NCBI GenBank assembly: GCA_017889545.1
Contig: JAGFZV010000014.1
Coordinates: 12,086-76,085 of the forward strand
Length of the DNA: 64,000 nucleotides
Source: Bacillota bacterium
GTDB lineage: Bacteria; Bacillota; Negativicutes; CTSoil-072
Reading direction: 5' to 3'
Part shown: positions 19,332 to 29,430 of the stretch, one piece after another
Numbering within the stretch: position 1 is the first letter of the stretch
Layout of the letters: each line of letters opens with the position of its first letter
Made by a program: the position numbers and the translations under genes
Notes under the pieces: model-generated
Seen by the model: the letters and a program-made list of their open reading frames with translations, nothing else
The model's database searches: none
Told to the model about the DNA's origin: nothing

Positions 19332-20528
19332 GTGTTCATGAACAGTTTTTTGAAAAAATTTTTAATGGCTGCATTCGGCATCGCTTTCTTTGCCCTTTCA
19401 TTCCTGCCCTGCGTATTTGCCCAACAAGCTGTAAATGTAAGTCTGCCTGCCTTTAAGATCACTATGAACGATGTTGTTATCAATAATAACGAAAGGCTCT
19501 ATCCGATTATTGTTTACCGGGATATCACCTATGTGCCCATGACTTACAATGACAGCCGCTTCTTGGGACTGGAAACGAAGTGGAGTTCTGACAGCGGCTT
19601 ACAAGTAAATAAAACGAGCGTACAACTTTCCTATAACCCTGAAAAAGGGTATGGTTATCCCTCCCTGGAAAGTGCTTTTCTTCCTGAATTCAGAATTCGT
19701 GTGAACGGGAAGGATATTGATAACAAAAATGAGCCTTACCCCTTATTGGTATTCCGCGATGTCACCTATTTTCCGTTAACTTGGCGGTATATGGTTAACG
19801 AATTCGGTTGGACTTCTAGTTTTGACCCCTATAACGGGTTAATCATTAATTCCAAAGCCAGCAGCACAACCACAACAACCAGCACCGTCGGCAGCAAAGT
19901 ATTTTCCCAGGACTTCGGCAGCATCACAGTTATTTTTGACCGCTCTACAAACTCACAACCGGGCAATCTGTACATAAAAGAAAATAATGCGATCAAAAAA
20001 ATCGGTAATCCGAATTATATCTACGGCGTAGGTTATCTCCAAGCAGGAACGTATGGGGAATATACTGCAGTAGACAAAGTAGAATATGCCAATCGCTGGG
20101 TCTATACTTTGGCGGTGGATCCTTCTGTTTCTCCGATAACGAGCAAAAACGTCAGAATCAATATTGATACGAATGAAGTGCAGGCAACCGATGGCAGCAC
20201 GATAAGTGATACGAACAAAATTAGCACTCAAGTTTATTCTAAAGATTTTGGCAGTGTCACAGTTCTTCTTGACCGCGCTTCCGATAAACAACCCGGCAAC
20301 TTGTATATAAAGGAAAATAATATAACGAGAAAAATCGGCAACCCCAATTACATTTACGGCGTATCGTATTTCAAGCTCGGGCCATTTGAGACCTACAATC
20401 CGGATAATAATATAAGTTTTGTAGATCGCTGGGTCTATACTTTAGCTATCAATCCTTCTGCCTCGCCATTAACCAGCAAGAAGGTACGAGTGAACATCGA
20501 CACGAATGAAGTACAACTTGTTCGGTAG
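19332..20528 (+). CDS. Secreted/cell-surface protein with two copper-amine-oxidase-N-like repeats and two ~100-aa C-terminal repeats
   Basis: Signal peptide; YPIIVYRDITYVP/YPLLVFRDVTYFP pair; duplicated QPGNLYIKENN..KIGNPNYIYGV. Confidence 0.75.
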   Translation: MFMNSFLKKFLMAAFGIAFFALSFLPCVFAQQAVNVSLPAFKITMNDVVINNNERLYPIIVYRDITYVPMTYNDSRFLGLETKWSSDSGLQVNKTSVQLSYNPEKGYGYPSLESAFLPEFRIRVNGKDIDNKNEPYPLLVFRDVTYFPLTWRYMVNEFGWTSSFDPYNGLIINSKASSTTTTTSTVGSKVFSQDFGSITVIFDRSTNSQPGNLYIKENNAIKKIGNPNYIYGVGYLQAGTYGEYTAVDKVEYANRWVYTLAVDPSVSPITSKNVRINIDTNEVQATDGSTISDTNKISTQVYSKDFGSVTVLLDRASDKQPGNLYIKENNITRKIGNPNYIYGVSYFKLGPFETYNPDNNISFVDRWVYTLAINPSASPLTSKKVRVNIDTNEVQLVR

Positions 20529-20549
20529 AAAACTCTTCTGTGACAGAGA

Positions 20550-20588
20550 CATCGTAAGACCCCGCTGGTTCAGAGGGGTCTTACGATG
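20550..20588. terminator. Hairpin between convergent genes
   Basis: CATCGTAAGACCCC...GGGGTCTTACGATG. Confidence 0.7.
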
Positions 20589-20686
20589 CTTAACTTTAAT
20601 TAAGTGCGACCCAATCCATCGGGGCACGGACAACTTCACCAGAAGCAAGTCGTACTTTAGCTTTTACTATGGATAGTTGCCGCCGC

Positions 20687-23467
20687 CTAAAATCGCCGGA
20701 ATAAAAATCTGCGAGCCTCCTCTAGTGTTATTAGGATCACTGGGCAGCAGAATAAGTAAATCAAATCAGACAGCCCCAATGGCTGTGTCATGAAAATTGC
20801 GGCAAAAAACGGCAAATAGATTAATGCCACTGTTATTAGCAATTCTGAGATAATGCCAACCTGGATCAAAAAATTACTTTTTAAAGAAAACTGCCAAAAT
20901 GGCAACAGTTCCGATCGGCAGACGAAAACATTACCCATCTGGCAAGCAATGATAGCGACCATTGCCATGGTCGTCGCTTGCCGATAGACTTCTCGCACGG
21001 AAACATCTGCTGTATCGGCATAAATTTGTGGCGCGAACTGTTGGATATCTGTCAATGAATATCCATAATTGCTCCAAACGATAAAGAAGCCCCCCATTGA
21101 CATCGCAGCCTCAATTATGCCGAGAAACCCGTAGGAACGAAGCAAAAGAGACCTGTCGAGCAAATTACGAGAATATCTTGCTGGGCTGTGATGCAAAATA
21201 CCCTTCTCTGGGTGTTCTGCGCCTAAGGCCAAGGCCGGTACCATATCCGTGCCAATATCAATAGCTAATATTTGCAATATGTTTAAGGCCGGAGGAATTT
21301 TTAAAAAAATCATCGCAATAAATGGAATAATTTCAGGAATATTCGATGCAAAAATATAAGTCATGAACTTGCGGATATTATCGTAAATGGCCCTTCCCTG
21401 CTCAATAGCTTTTACGATGGTGGCGAAGTTATCATCAAGCAACACTATATCAGCGACCTCACGGGCCACGTCGGTACCGCCCCGCCCCATGGCAATCCCG
21501 ATGTCTGCGGCTTTTAGCGCCGGAGCATCATTAACCCCGTCACCAGTGACTGCTACAATATGGCCGCATGCTTTATACGCCTCAACTATTTTCAGCTTAT
21601 GCGCAGGAGTTGCCCGAGCAAAAATAATTGGCTGATCTTGACGCAATAAGTTTTTTAATGACTCTCCATCCATACTCTCAAGTTCAGTCCCTGTAACAAT
21701 GGTACCCTTATCTTTAACCAGCCCAATATGCCTTCCGACAGCCTCCGCGGTTAACCCATAGTCACCAGTAATCATCGTTACACGGATGCCTGCCTGTTGA
21801 CATTGTTTAACCGCTTCGGCCACCTCTGGACGAGGAGGGTCAATCATGGCCGCCAAGCCTACGAATACCAAATCATATTCACTCGACTCCGAAGCCATAA
21901 GCCCTTCGCTGTAAGCTAAAGCCAAGACACGATGCCCTTCTCTGGCTAACCGGTCATTGACCCCAATGATTTTTTGCCTTTCTGCCTCCGAAATTTCAAC
22001 AATTTCATTTTTATTCTTAATGTACCGGCAACTCCGCAACGTTTCGATTGGCGCCCCTTTAACAAATTTCACATTCACACCTTGTTTGAATAACCTATTG
22101 CGATTGTTGACCCCAAAAGTACTCATCATTTTATGTACAGAATTAAATTGCTTGGTTATTTGCCCAGAAAAATCAGCCCTAACGGCAGCAATGTCCTGGC
22201 CACCCTTTGCCGCCGCAACTAATAGAGCGCCTTCGGTCGGATCACCAATAATCTGCCAGAGTTTATCGTTTTTATAGTCGGTCTCAATGATTGCTTCGGA
22301 ACAGACGACCCCTATCGTCAGTAATAATTCTATTTGATTTTCTATTGCACTGCTGGGAATAGCCAGCGCTCCCTCTTTTTCGTATCCGTCCCCGGAAACC
22401 TCCACCTCAAACTCTGGTACCCAGATTCGCTTGACGGTCACCTCGTTCATCGTGATCGTTCCCGTTTTATCAGTACAAATAACGCTCGTAGCGCATAGCG
22501 CTTCTACCGAGGATAACTTGCGAACCAAGGCGTTTTGCGAAGCCATTCGCCTAACTCCCACCGCCAAAGACAAGCTGACCGCCGGCAACAATCCCTCCGG
22601 AACATTGGCAACAATAATCCCTATACAAAAAATGAAACAGGCACGCAGGTCAATGCCCAGCCACCAATATGCAAGGGCAAAAACAATTGCCCCCATAGAT
22701 AAGGCTAGTGTGGTTATCAGTCGTACGATCCGCTGCACTTGTAATTCTAATGAGCTCTTTTCACGAACCACTTCCGTTGTCATTTTGGTAACTTTGCCCA
22801 ATTCAGTCTGCTTGCCTGCAGCGTATACTACCGCAATGCCCCGTCCAGATGTTGCCGTTGTCCCAGCGAACAAAAGATTAGGGGTTCGACTTGCAGGTTT
22901 TCCTGTATCAGCCATCGAAACAGCATTACACGCCACGGGCAGCGATTCGCCCGTCAATAACGACAAGTCTACCATTAAATTCTCAGCCTCAACCAGTCTG
23001 GCATCAGCCGAAATATGGTCGCCAGCCTCAATTACAAGGACGTCACCAATGACAATTTCTTCCGATAACACTTGTTCGATCCTGCCATTGCGATAAACTT
23101 TTACTTTGCGCGGAAGCATGGCGGATAATGCGAGCAATGCCTTATCCGCACGATATTCTTGCCAAAAACTAAAAAGCGCATTGATAAAGACAACTGACCA
23201 GGTCGCCCAACCCAGTTCCGGCATGTTTACCAAAAAGGCCAAAATACCGGCTGCCCACAACAGCAATGCCATAAAATGCGTAAATTGTTGATATAGCAGA
23301 CGCCATAGAGACAGCGTTACCGCCTTTGGCAACTGGTTCATTCCATATAATAGCAGCCGTTTTTCCGCCTCTTGATTTGTAAGGCCTTCACGGCGTGTTC
23401 CAAGTAAAGAGAAAATGGCTTCGATCTCAGCAGTAGCCATTTTGGTAATTTCATTATTATCGCTCAT
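20687..23467 (-). CDS. Cation-transporting P-type ATPase (P2 type)
   Basis: TGES, VANVPEGL, DKTGT, GDGVNDAPAL, SNIPE. Confidence 0.93.
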   Translation of the reverse strand: MSDNNEITKMATAEIEAIFSLLGTRREGLTNQEAEKRLLLYGMNQLPKAVTLSLWRLLYQQFTHFMALLLWAAGILAFLVNMPELGWATWSVVFINALFSFWQEYRADKALLALSAMLPRKVKVYRNGRIEQVLSEEIVIGDVLVIEAGDHISADARLVEAENLMVDLSLLTGESLPVACNAVSMADTGKPASRTPNLLFAGTTATSGRGIAVVYAAGKQTELGKVTKMTTEVVREKSSLELQVQRIVRLITTLALSMGAIVFALAYWWLGIDLRACFIFCIGIIVANVPEGLLPAVSLSLAVGVRRMASQNALVRKLSSVEALCATSVICTDKTGTITMNEVTVKRIWVPEFEVEVSGDGYEKEGALAIPSSAIENQIELLLTIGVVCSEAIIETDYKNDKLWQIIGDPTEGALLVAAAKGGQDIAAVRADFSGQITKQFNSVHKMMSTFGVNNRNRLFKQGVNVKFVKGAPIETLRSCRYIKNKNEIVEISEAERQKIIGVNDRLAREGHRVLALAYSEGLMASESSEYDLVFVGLAAMIDPPRPEVAEAVKQCQQAGIRVTMITGDYGLTAEAVGRHIGLVKDKGTIVTGTELESMDGESLKNLLRQDQPIIFARATPAHKLKIVEAYKACGHIVAVTGDGVNDAPALKAADIGIAMGRGGTDVAREVADIVLLDDNFATIVKAIEQGRAIYDNIRKFMTYIFASNIPEIIPFIAMIFLKIPPALNILQILAIDIGTDMVPALALGAEHPEKGILHHSPARYSRNLLDRSLLLRSYGFLGIIEAAMSMGGFFIVWSNYGYSLTDIQQFAPQIYADTADVSVREVYRQATTMAMVAIIACQMGNVFVCRSELLPFWQFSLKSNFLIQVGIISELLITVALIYLPFFAAIFMTQPLGLSDLIYLFCCPVILITLEEARRFLFRRF

Positions 23468-23535
23468 AAGCCCAGCCTCCTCGATGCAGGCGAAACTTAT
23501 TATGAATGATCCTCGCTTCTTACTACCAACCCGAA

Positions 23536-24498
23536 TTAAAATCGGCCGTCAATTTTCTTAACGTTCACTTTTTTTTCCGTGTTCACGATCAATTGAAACA
23601 CATCCGGACGGGCATAGTGACCGGTAACATCAAAATCAAATCTGCTTTGCGGAATTAAGTCCAGATCCAAATCCGCAATGAGGATTTCTTCTTTGCCATA
23701 AACAGGACCGGCGACATACTCGCCCATCGGGCTGATAATGGCACTCCCGCCCCGACACATAATTTCCGGTGCGCTCTCTAATTCGGCATAGCAAGCCAGA
23801 TCTTTCGGATACATCTCTTTGGTAACGAATTGGTTGCAAGCTAAAACAAAGCATCTTCCTTCCAACGCGATATGCTTCATCGATGCTTGCCATACATCCC
23901 GGGAATCTGCCGTAGGAGCCAAATACAAGCTTACACCATTGTCATACATAGCAGCACGAGCTAATGGCATATAGTTTTCCCAGCAAATTAAACCACCCAT
24001 TTTGCCATAAGGAGTATCAACAACGGTCAAGGTACTTCCATCGCCTTCGCCCCAAATCAATCGCTCCGACGCAGTGGGTTTCAGTTTGCGGTGCTTGCCT
24101 AATAATGCGCCGTCGGGACCAAAATAGATCACTGTGCAGTATAGCGTACTTTGGCTTCCTTCCGACTCTCTTTCAATGATCCCCACTGCTAAGTAAACCG
24201 CAGCTTGGCGAGCGGTTTCACTTAAAGCATCGGTCGTGGAGCTGGGAACCAATACAGAATTTTTCCAATATCTAGCCCAGTCTTGTCTTCCCTCTTGCGA
24301 CCTGGAACCAACATTTGTTCCAAAAGTCATTCCGCGAGGATACGCTGGTATAAAAGCCTCCGGAAATACAACGATCTTGGCCCCTTTCTCGGCGGCTTCC
24401 AATGCCAATGATCGCGTTTTTTCCACAGTTAACTCGCGATCCATGATGACCGGAGCTGCTTGAATAACAGCAACACGAACCATTTTATTTTGCGGCAT
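23536..24498 (-). CDS. Nitrilase (carbon-nitrogen hydrolase)
   Basis: Catalytic E-K-C triad in VFPEA, HRKLKPT and LICWEN; GHYARPD. Confidence 0.9.
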   Translation of the reverse strand: MPQNKMVRVAVIQAAPVIMDRELTVEKTRSLALEAAEKGAKIVVFPEAFIPAYPRGMTFGTNVGSRSQEGRQDWARYWKNSVLVPSSTTDALSETARQAAVYLAVGIIERESEGSQSTLYCTVIYFGPDGALLGKHRKLKPTASERLIWGEGDGSTLTVVDTPYGKMGGLICWENYMPLARAAMYDNGVSLYLAPTADSRDVWQASMKHIALEGRCFVLACNQFVTKEMYPKDLACYAELESAPEIMCRGGSAIISPMGEYVAGPVYGKEEILIADLDLDLIPQSRFDFDVTGHYARPDVFQLIVNTEKKVNVKKIDGRF

Positions 24499-24530
24499 GC
24501 CATTTCACCCCTTAAATTAAATATGATATG

Positions 24531-24989
24531 CTATTTTTCCCAATTTTGTATTTCAATGATATTGCCTTCCGGATCGCGTGCATATACAGCCGTTAGTATG
24601 CCGATATCACCATAATCATTCATCACTACTTCGCCTAATTTTTCACCACCGTTCGCAAGTAAAGAATTCAATGTCGCTTCGACCGAATCGACGTGAAATG
24701 CTAAATGGCCTAAGCCTTGATGGTTAATTATTGGTTTGGTTTCATTTAAATTGCTGGGTTCATACTCAAAAATCTCCAACGTAGGCCCATTCTCATATCC
24801 CGGCAGGCTGAGATGAATTCCTCTAATTTTAACATGATCAATTGCAGTCATTTTTTCAAGCCATTCGCCGGAAAGATCGCGTTCGGGATAAATTGGCTTG
24901 CACGCAAAAACGTCGATATAAAACCGGGCCAGCATTTTCCAATCTTTGGCTATGATATTCGTGTGAACATAGCGTATCGTATTGCTCAT
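24531..24989 (-). CDS. VOC/glyoxalase family protein
   Basis: HTNI, LEIFEY, GHLAFHV, DPEGNIIEI. Confidence 0.88.
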   Translation of the reverse strand: MSNTIRYVHTNIIAKDWKMLARFYIDVFACKPIYPERDLSGEWLEKMTAIDHVKIRGIHLSLPGYENGPTLEIFEYEPSNLNETKPIINHQGLGHLAFHVDSVEATLNSLLANGGEKLGEVVMNDYGDIGILTAVYARDPEGNIIEIQNWEK

Positions 24990-25020
24990 TCAACCCTCTC
25001 CCTTTTATGCCCTAACTTCT

Positions 25021-25356
25021 CTAATTGTCCTTCTTTTCGATCATTTCAGCAATTGCGTCTTCAACAATGCCTTGAACGGCTTCCTCTGGTTCTTTTCCCG
25101 CTCCTTTTTGCACGTCTGTATAGTGATGAAGTTCCTCTATCAATCTGCGCCTGATTGGAAAACCTGAAGAATTCACAGCAGGTCTTTCTTTCCGTTTGAG
25201 AAAGTCTTGCAAGTCGCTATCTCTTATGCGGTATTCCCGGCCCAGCTTTAATGCAGTAAGTTCCCGCCTGCGTATCCACGCTTGGACGCTGCGTTTCGGT
25301 ACTCCAAGAATTTCGGCTATATCTTCAGTTGAATAAAATTTTCTCTCCATATACAT
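25021..25356 (-). CDS. Excisionase-like (HTH_17) DNA-binding protein with an extra C-terminal domain
   Basis: YSTEDIAEILGV..SVQAWIR..LTALKLGREYRI. Confidence 0.75.
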   Translation of the reverse strand: MYMERKFYSTEDIAEILGVPKRSVQAWIRRRELTALKLGREYRIRDSDLQDFLKRKERPAVNSSGFPIRRRLIEELHHYTDVQKGAGKEPEEAVQGIVEDAIAEMIEKKDN

Positions 25357-25569
25357 CCCCCCTATTTATAGTATGACTATTTTTTACCAATACGTCAAAT
25401 AAAATACTAATAATTACATAAACTGTTCAAAATATACTAATAAATGTCATTTTTTCAAAGATATAAAACCTTTATTTTTGAAAAAAAAGGCGTGAACGCT
25501 CATTTGCTTCACACCTGATGTCTCTGGCGCAAACAAAGCTTTGACCGTCTCTCCAAAAAACATTGCTTT

Positions 25570-26922
25570 CTATCGATCCGCCAATGGGTCGTCTACCGGT
25601 TCGTGAATAGTAAACAGGATCGCCAAGCACAATAAGGAGCAGACGGCTAGGAAGATCCATACCGCATCCCAGCTGTAATTATCCAGCAGCATCCCCGTGA
25701 TTAACGGTGCAGCGGCACCGCCGAACTGACCAGACATATTCACCAAAGAGCACCCTATTGGAAAAGTCTTTTTGGTGGTCAATCCCATGGGATACACCAA
25801 ATAGGCTGAATATCCTATGTTTAGCATGACCCCGACCATGAACATCAGCGCAGCCAAGATATATGGATCATTCGGTGCATAAATCAAGGAATACATCATA
25901 AAGACCGTGGCGAAGGCCGTAAACATCATGTTCGGCTTGCGACGCTTGTTAAGAATATTATCCGAAAACCAGCCGCCAACCAAGTTCCCTACTACCGCAC
26001 CCATCCATGGCGCTGCAGCCACGAACCCCATTTTGATGACAGCAAAATGTTTTACTGTCACGAGGTAAGTGGGGATCCATGTCACCAAGACTTGTACGAT
26101 CGCTCCCATGAAAAAGTAACCTAGGGCTACACCCCAAAGGTCCCAAGAGCGAAAAATTTCCCCTTTGGTCGCCAACGGTGTCATTCTCTTGGCTCTGACG
26201 AATTTATCCAGCCACACCAGCTTGTATTCTCTTGTCTTTACACCTTTAGCAGCGGTGGTTTGGTCCACGCCAGATTCAATATACTGACGTTCCGCAACTG
26301 AACAATACTTGCTTTCAGCAGGCTGGTTTTTCACTAAGATATACCAGGCCAAGGACAATAGAACACCAGGAACGGAGAATATCAAAAAAATTTCTCGCCA
26401 GCCATAGGCAAGGACGATCCATGCGCACAAAGGCGGAACGATGACTGGCCCGAATTTTGCTGCAGCATAAAATATTCCTGTAACGGTGCCCTTCTCCTTT
26501 GAGGGAAACCAATGGTTGATGGTGGAAGTTACACCAATTGGCAAAGGCCCCTCAGCCAAGCCCAGGAGAAATCGGTACACCTTCAACATCAATACGGATC
26601 CTGCTGTCCCAATCAGTCCTGTCACCACTGATGTGGCTACCATAGCATAGGGAAATACGCTGCGCACGCCAAACTTGCTGTAAACAAAGCCTGCTGGAAC
26701 TTGGGCAAGCCCATACGCGAGCAGGAACAGGCTCGCCAGGGCTCCAGCCTCCGTATTACTCATGACAAATTCTTTACGCATAAAAGGCAGTGCCATACCC
26801 AAGTTCGCCCGATCAGCTGCCGCCACCGTATAAACCAAGAAGATCATCAATGCGATTATCCAGCGGAACCTAGTCATTTTAACAGCCACGCCCGTTTCCG
26901 GCCCCACTTTATTATTCATCAT
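25570..26922 (-). CDS. MFS transporter, anion:cation symporter-like
   Basis: DRANL, RFLLGLAEG, WFPSKEKG, GWREIF. Confidence 0.9.
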   Translation of the reverse strand: MMNNKVGPETGVAVKMTRFRWIIALMIFLVYTVAAADRANLGMALPFMRKEFVMSNTEAGALASLFLLAYGLAQVPAGFVYSKFGVRSVFPYAMVATSVVTGLIGTAGSVLMLKVYRFLLGLAEGPLPIGVTSTINHWFPSKEKGTVTGIFYAAAKFGPVIVPPLCAWIVLAYGWREIFLIFSVPGVLLSLAWYILVKNQPAESKYCSVAERQYIESGVDQTTAAKGVKTREYKLVWLDKFVRAKRMTPLATKGEIFRSWDLWGVALGYFFMGAIVQVLVTWIPTYLVTVKHFAVIKMGFVAAAPWMGAVVGNLVGGWFSDNILNKRRKPNMMFTAFATVFMMYSLIYAPNDPYILAALMFMVGVMLNIGYSAYLVYPMGLTTKKTFPIGCSLVNMSGQFGGAAAPLITGMLLDNYSWDAVWIFLAVCSLLCLAILFTIHEPVDDPLADR

Positions 26923-26994
26923 GGTTCCTTCTTTTCTGCCCACGATAGAGCTTTTATTATCTCCACGCTGCATTGTCGTCTCCTGCAATACTCT

Positions 26995-27648
26995 TTATAA
27001 GTATTTTTCATCTTCCTGGCGGCTTCTTTTCACAGTTGCCGGCGTCCCAAAAGCTACAACATTCGATGGAATATCTGAAACAACAGTCGCTCCGGCTCCT
27101 ATAATGGAATGCTGACCAATACTGACCTTATTAATTACATTTGCCCCCAAACTGATACATGAATATTCCCCGATCCGAACGTTGCCGGCAACAGTAGCTC
27201 CACCTAAAATAGAGGCATAGTCCCTCAATTCACTATGATGTCCTAAAATAGCCCCCATCGCGAGAAGTGAATGTTTCCCAATTATAGCATTGCTAGCAAC
27301 AATGGCTCCTGCTAACAATATTGAACCATCTCCTATTTTTACATCACTTCCTATACATACGGTAGGATGAATGACACTGACAAAATTAAGATTTTTGGAC
27401 AACCCGGTAATTTTCTGTACCATTTCACTACGTTGCCAATTATCGCCGACTGCAATTACTGCATGATGGATATCGTTTGATATATGACTTAAATCTGAAA
27501 CAGTGCCTAATACCTCGTATCTGGATATCTTACTGCCCACGGGCAGCGTATCAACAATAAAGCCCGCTATTTCATATTTTCCATTTTTCTCAATAGCATC
27601 CATCACTCCCAGTCCCACTCCACCAGCGCCAATTATCAGGATCTCCAT
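26995..27648 (-). CDS. NeuD/PglD-family hexapeptide-repeat acetyltransferase
   Basis: IIGAGG, AVGDN..R, IHP and hexapeptide repeats; RBS AGGAGG before MEILII. Confidence 0.88.
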   Translation of the reverse strand: MEILIIGAGGVGLGVMDAIEKNGKYEIAGFIVDTLPVGSKISRYEVLGTVSDLSHISNDIHHAVIAVGDNWQRSEMVQKITGLSKNLNFVSVIHPTVCIGSDVKIGDGSILLAGAIVASNAIIGKHSLLAMGAILGHHSELRDYASILGGATVAGNVRIGEYSCISLGANVINKVSIGQHSIIGAGATVVSDIPSNVVAFGTPATVKRSRQEDEKYL

Positions 27649-27793
27649 AATTGTCCTCCTCTCTATGGGTTGATGACATCTGCTCCTGATTCTGCGAACA
27701 TCACTGCCGTAGGGCCCGCAGCAACTGTTTTCTCCATCATTTCTTTTCTTCCCCCAAAAATTAAAACCACCAGAACACAACCGGATCAATCCG

Positions 27794-27880
27794 GTGCGGC
27801 CTGGCAGTCATGAGCCTGGTAACCGAGGCTTTTAGACCCACGGCTTTGCGTCCCCGCCTTTCGGTTGGTTTGCCAATACT
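27794..27880 (-). ncRNA. Cyclic di-GMP-I (GEMM) riboswitch
   Basis: Minus strand GGCAAACCAACCGAAAGGCGGGGACGCAAAGCCGTGGGTCTAA...ATGACTGCCAGGCCGC matches the GEMM pattern (GAAA tetraloop, GACGCAAAGC, CTAA receptor). Confidence 0.88.
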
Positions 27881-28145
27881 GCAATTTTTAAATTCAAATG
27901 GTGTTGTTAATTACTTATTCTTTCGCCATTTTTTAATCATGTCCTGCAGAAGTTTCACGCAATTGCGTGATTATTCGGACTACATCATCCAGAATTAACA
28001 AAAAAGCCCTCCGGCATAAATGCTGGAAGGCTTGAATTACCCGACCGGTCTAAGGATCTGAAACGATCAAACCAGACCTGGAGAATTAGGCCGACTGATG
28101 TCATATAGTAGCTTAGAAATTCATTTTTTCCGTCCCAATTGTCGA

Positions 28146-28457
28146 CTAGGCAGTTTCTCGCCTGTACTCCAACGATTTTTTATGCTTCAACGCTTTTTCC
28201 TCAAAAGTTGCAAATGCCGCTATCACTTCATCTAGTTCTTCTTTACTATTAATACCAATATCACGCACCGCATATTCCATCGCAGCTTCTTTGGCGAAGC
28301 CCTCTGCCATCAAGGCAAAGATCGTAGCGCATGCTTTCATTATGCGTGCCCTTTTGGGAAGCTTTTCGTTCAACATTCTTATTCTGGCAAAAATCACCAT
28401 TGCCAAACAGCATACTATTATGAGACATGCGACAATAAGGATTATCATGGTATTCAT
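28146..28457 (-). CDS. Hypothetical protein with an N-terminal TM helix
   Basis: RBS GGAGGTG, hydrophobic N-terminus. Confidence 0.65.
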   Translation of the reverse strand: MNTMIILIVACLIIVCCLAMVIFARIRMLNEKLPKRARIMKACATIFALMAEGFAKEAAMEYAVRDIGINSKEELDEVIAAFATFEEKALKHKKSLEYRRETA

Positions 28458-28984
28458 CCGTTCACCTCCTTTATTTTCTAATTTTCCACACGGCCCAATC
28501 TTTTCAAAACCCTAAACCTTCCTTCATGTACTGTGAGATTCTTGCCTTGTCCCTTTATTAAGCAAAAGAACGTTTGGAATAGAGTGGCATAAAAAAATAG
28601 CATAAATAAAATAGGCTTGGACAACCCTCATCAGCGAGTGTGTTCGCTGCAAGTAAACAGGGACTAAATGTCATGCATAAATTCCCATTATTGCAAAAAG
28701 CCTACATATGTTACGCTATATACTGCACATTTCTTTTATTATAACACAATATGTTGTGCTATTTAATGAATTAATCATTTTTTTGCAAAAATTCTTTTTT
28801 TAACATAAACTAGGTCTTTGACAGTTCCATACAGATCGATGCCTCCAAAGCCTTGATAGGGCTGAAAGAGCTTCACTATGAACTGGATGATTATGTGTTG
28901 GACAAGCACCTTCCCAACGGTCATTTTTGCCTCAATTTTGCTTCGAGAATCAAAAAAGGCGTGACCGCGAATCCGCGTCACACC

Positions 28985-29038
28985 TGAATTTACTGGAGCG
29001 GGCAAAGGGATTCGAACCCTCGACCCACGGCTTGGGAA
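28985..29038 (-). repeat. att site: duplicated 3' part of tRNA-Gly (54 bp)
   Basis: TGAATTTACTGGAGCGGGCAAAGGGATTCGAACCCTCGACCCACGGCTTGGGAA, identical to 62679-62732. Confidence 0.95.
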
Positions 29039-29154
29039 TTCAATTTCGCCAATATTTCACAGTCCATATAGTGTTTAAGAATGTTGATAAATCTAGCTTT
29101 ATGGCCATTCTTGTTCTTTATGGCATCATTAAGTCCATACAGTTTCATTACGTA

Positions 29155-29176
29155 TTGGTCACCTAATTGGTCACCT
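29155..29176 (+). repeat. Tandem TTGGTCACC repeat, candidate integrase arm-type sites (left end)
   Basis: TTGGTCACCTAATTGGTCACCT, 12-bp period; mirrored at 62620-62641. Confidence 0.75.
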
Positions 29177-29430
29177 GAAAATTGCATGTAAAATAGTAAA
29201 TTCCCGGTCGCAAACGAAAGGAGAACTGCGCTCTTTTTTAAAAAAATGCAATTGGCCTCTAGCTCTTTTCATACACAAAAAACACAATTACTGTAATTTT
29301 GCAAAATAATACGCGTTTTGTTATTGCCCAGCATAATGTCTTTAATGCCAAAATAAATCCTGTTTTTGTGTATTTTGTGCCGATTTTTTCAAGATAAAAC
29401 AACTAACGCAATTTCTTATTTCGAGCAATC

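Noticed and set aside
28584-28603. Possible sigma54 promoter TGGCAT...TAGCA
   Set aside because: The spacing is two bases too long for a -24/-12 element
28775-29187. ORFs overlapping the left att, plus a second tRNA
   Set aside because: The ORFs translate tRNA-derived sequence, and the tRNA copy lacks its 5' half
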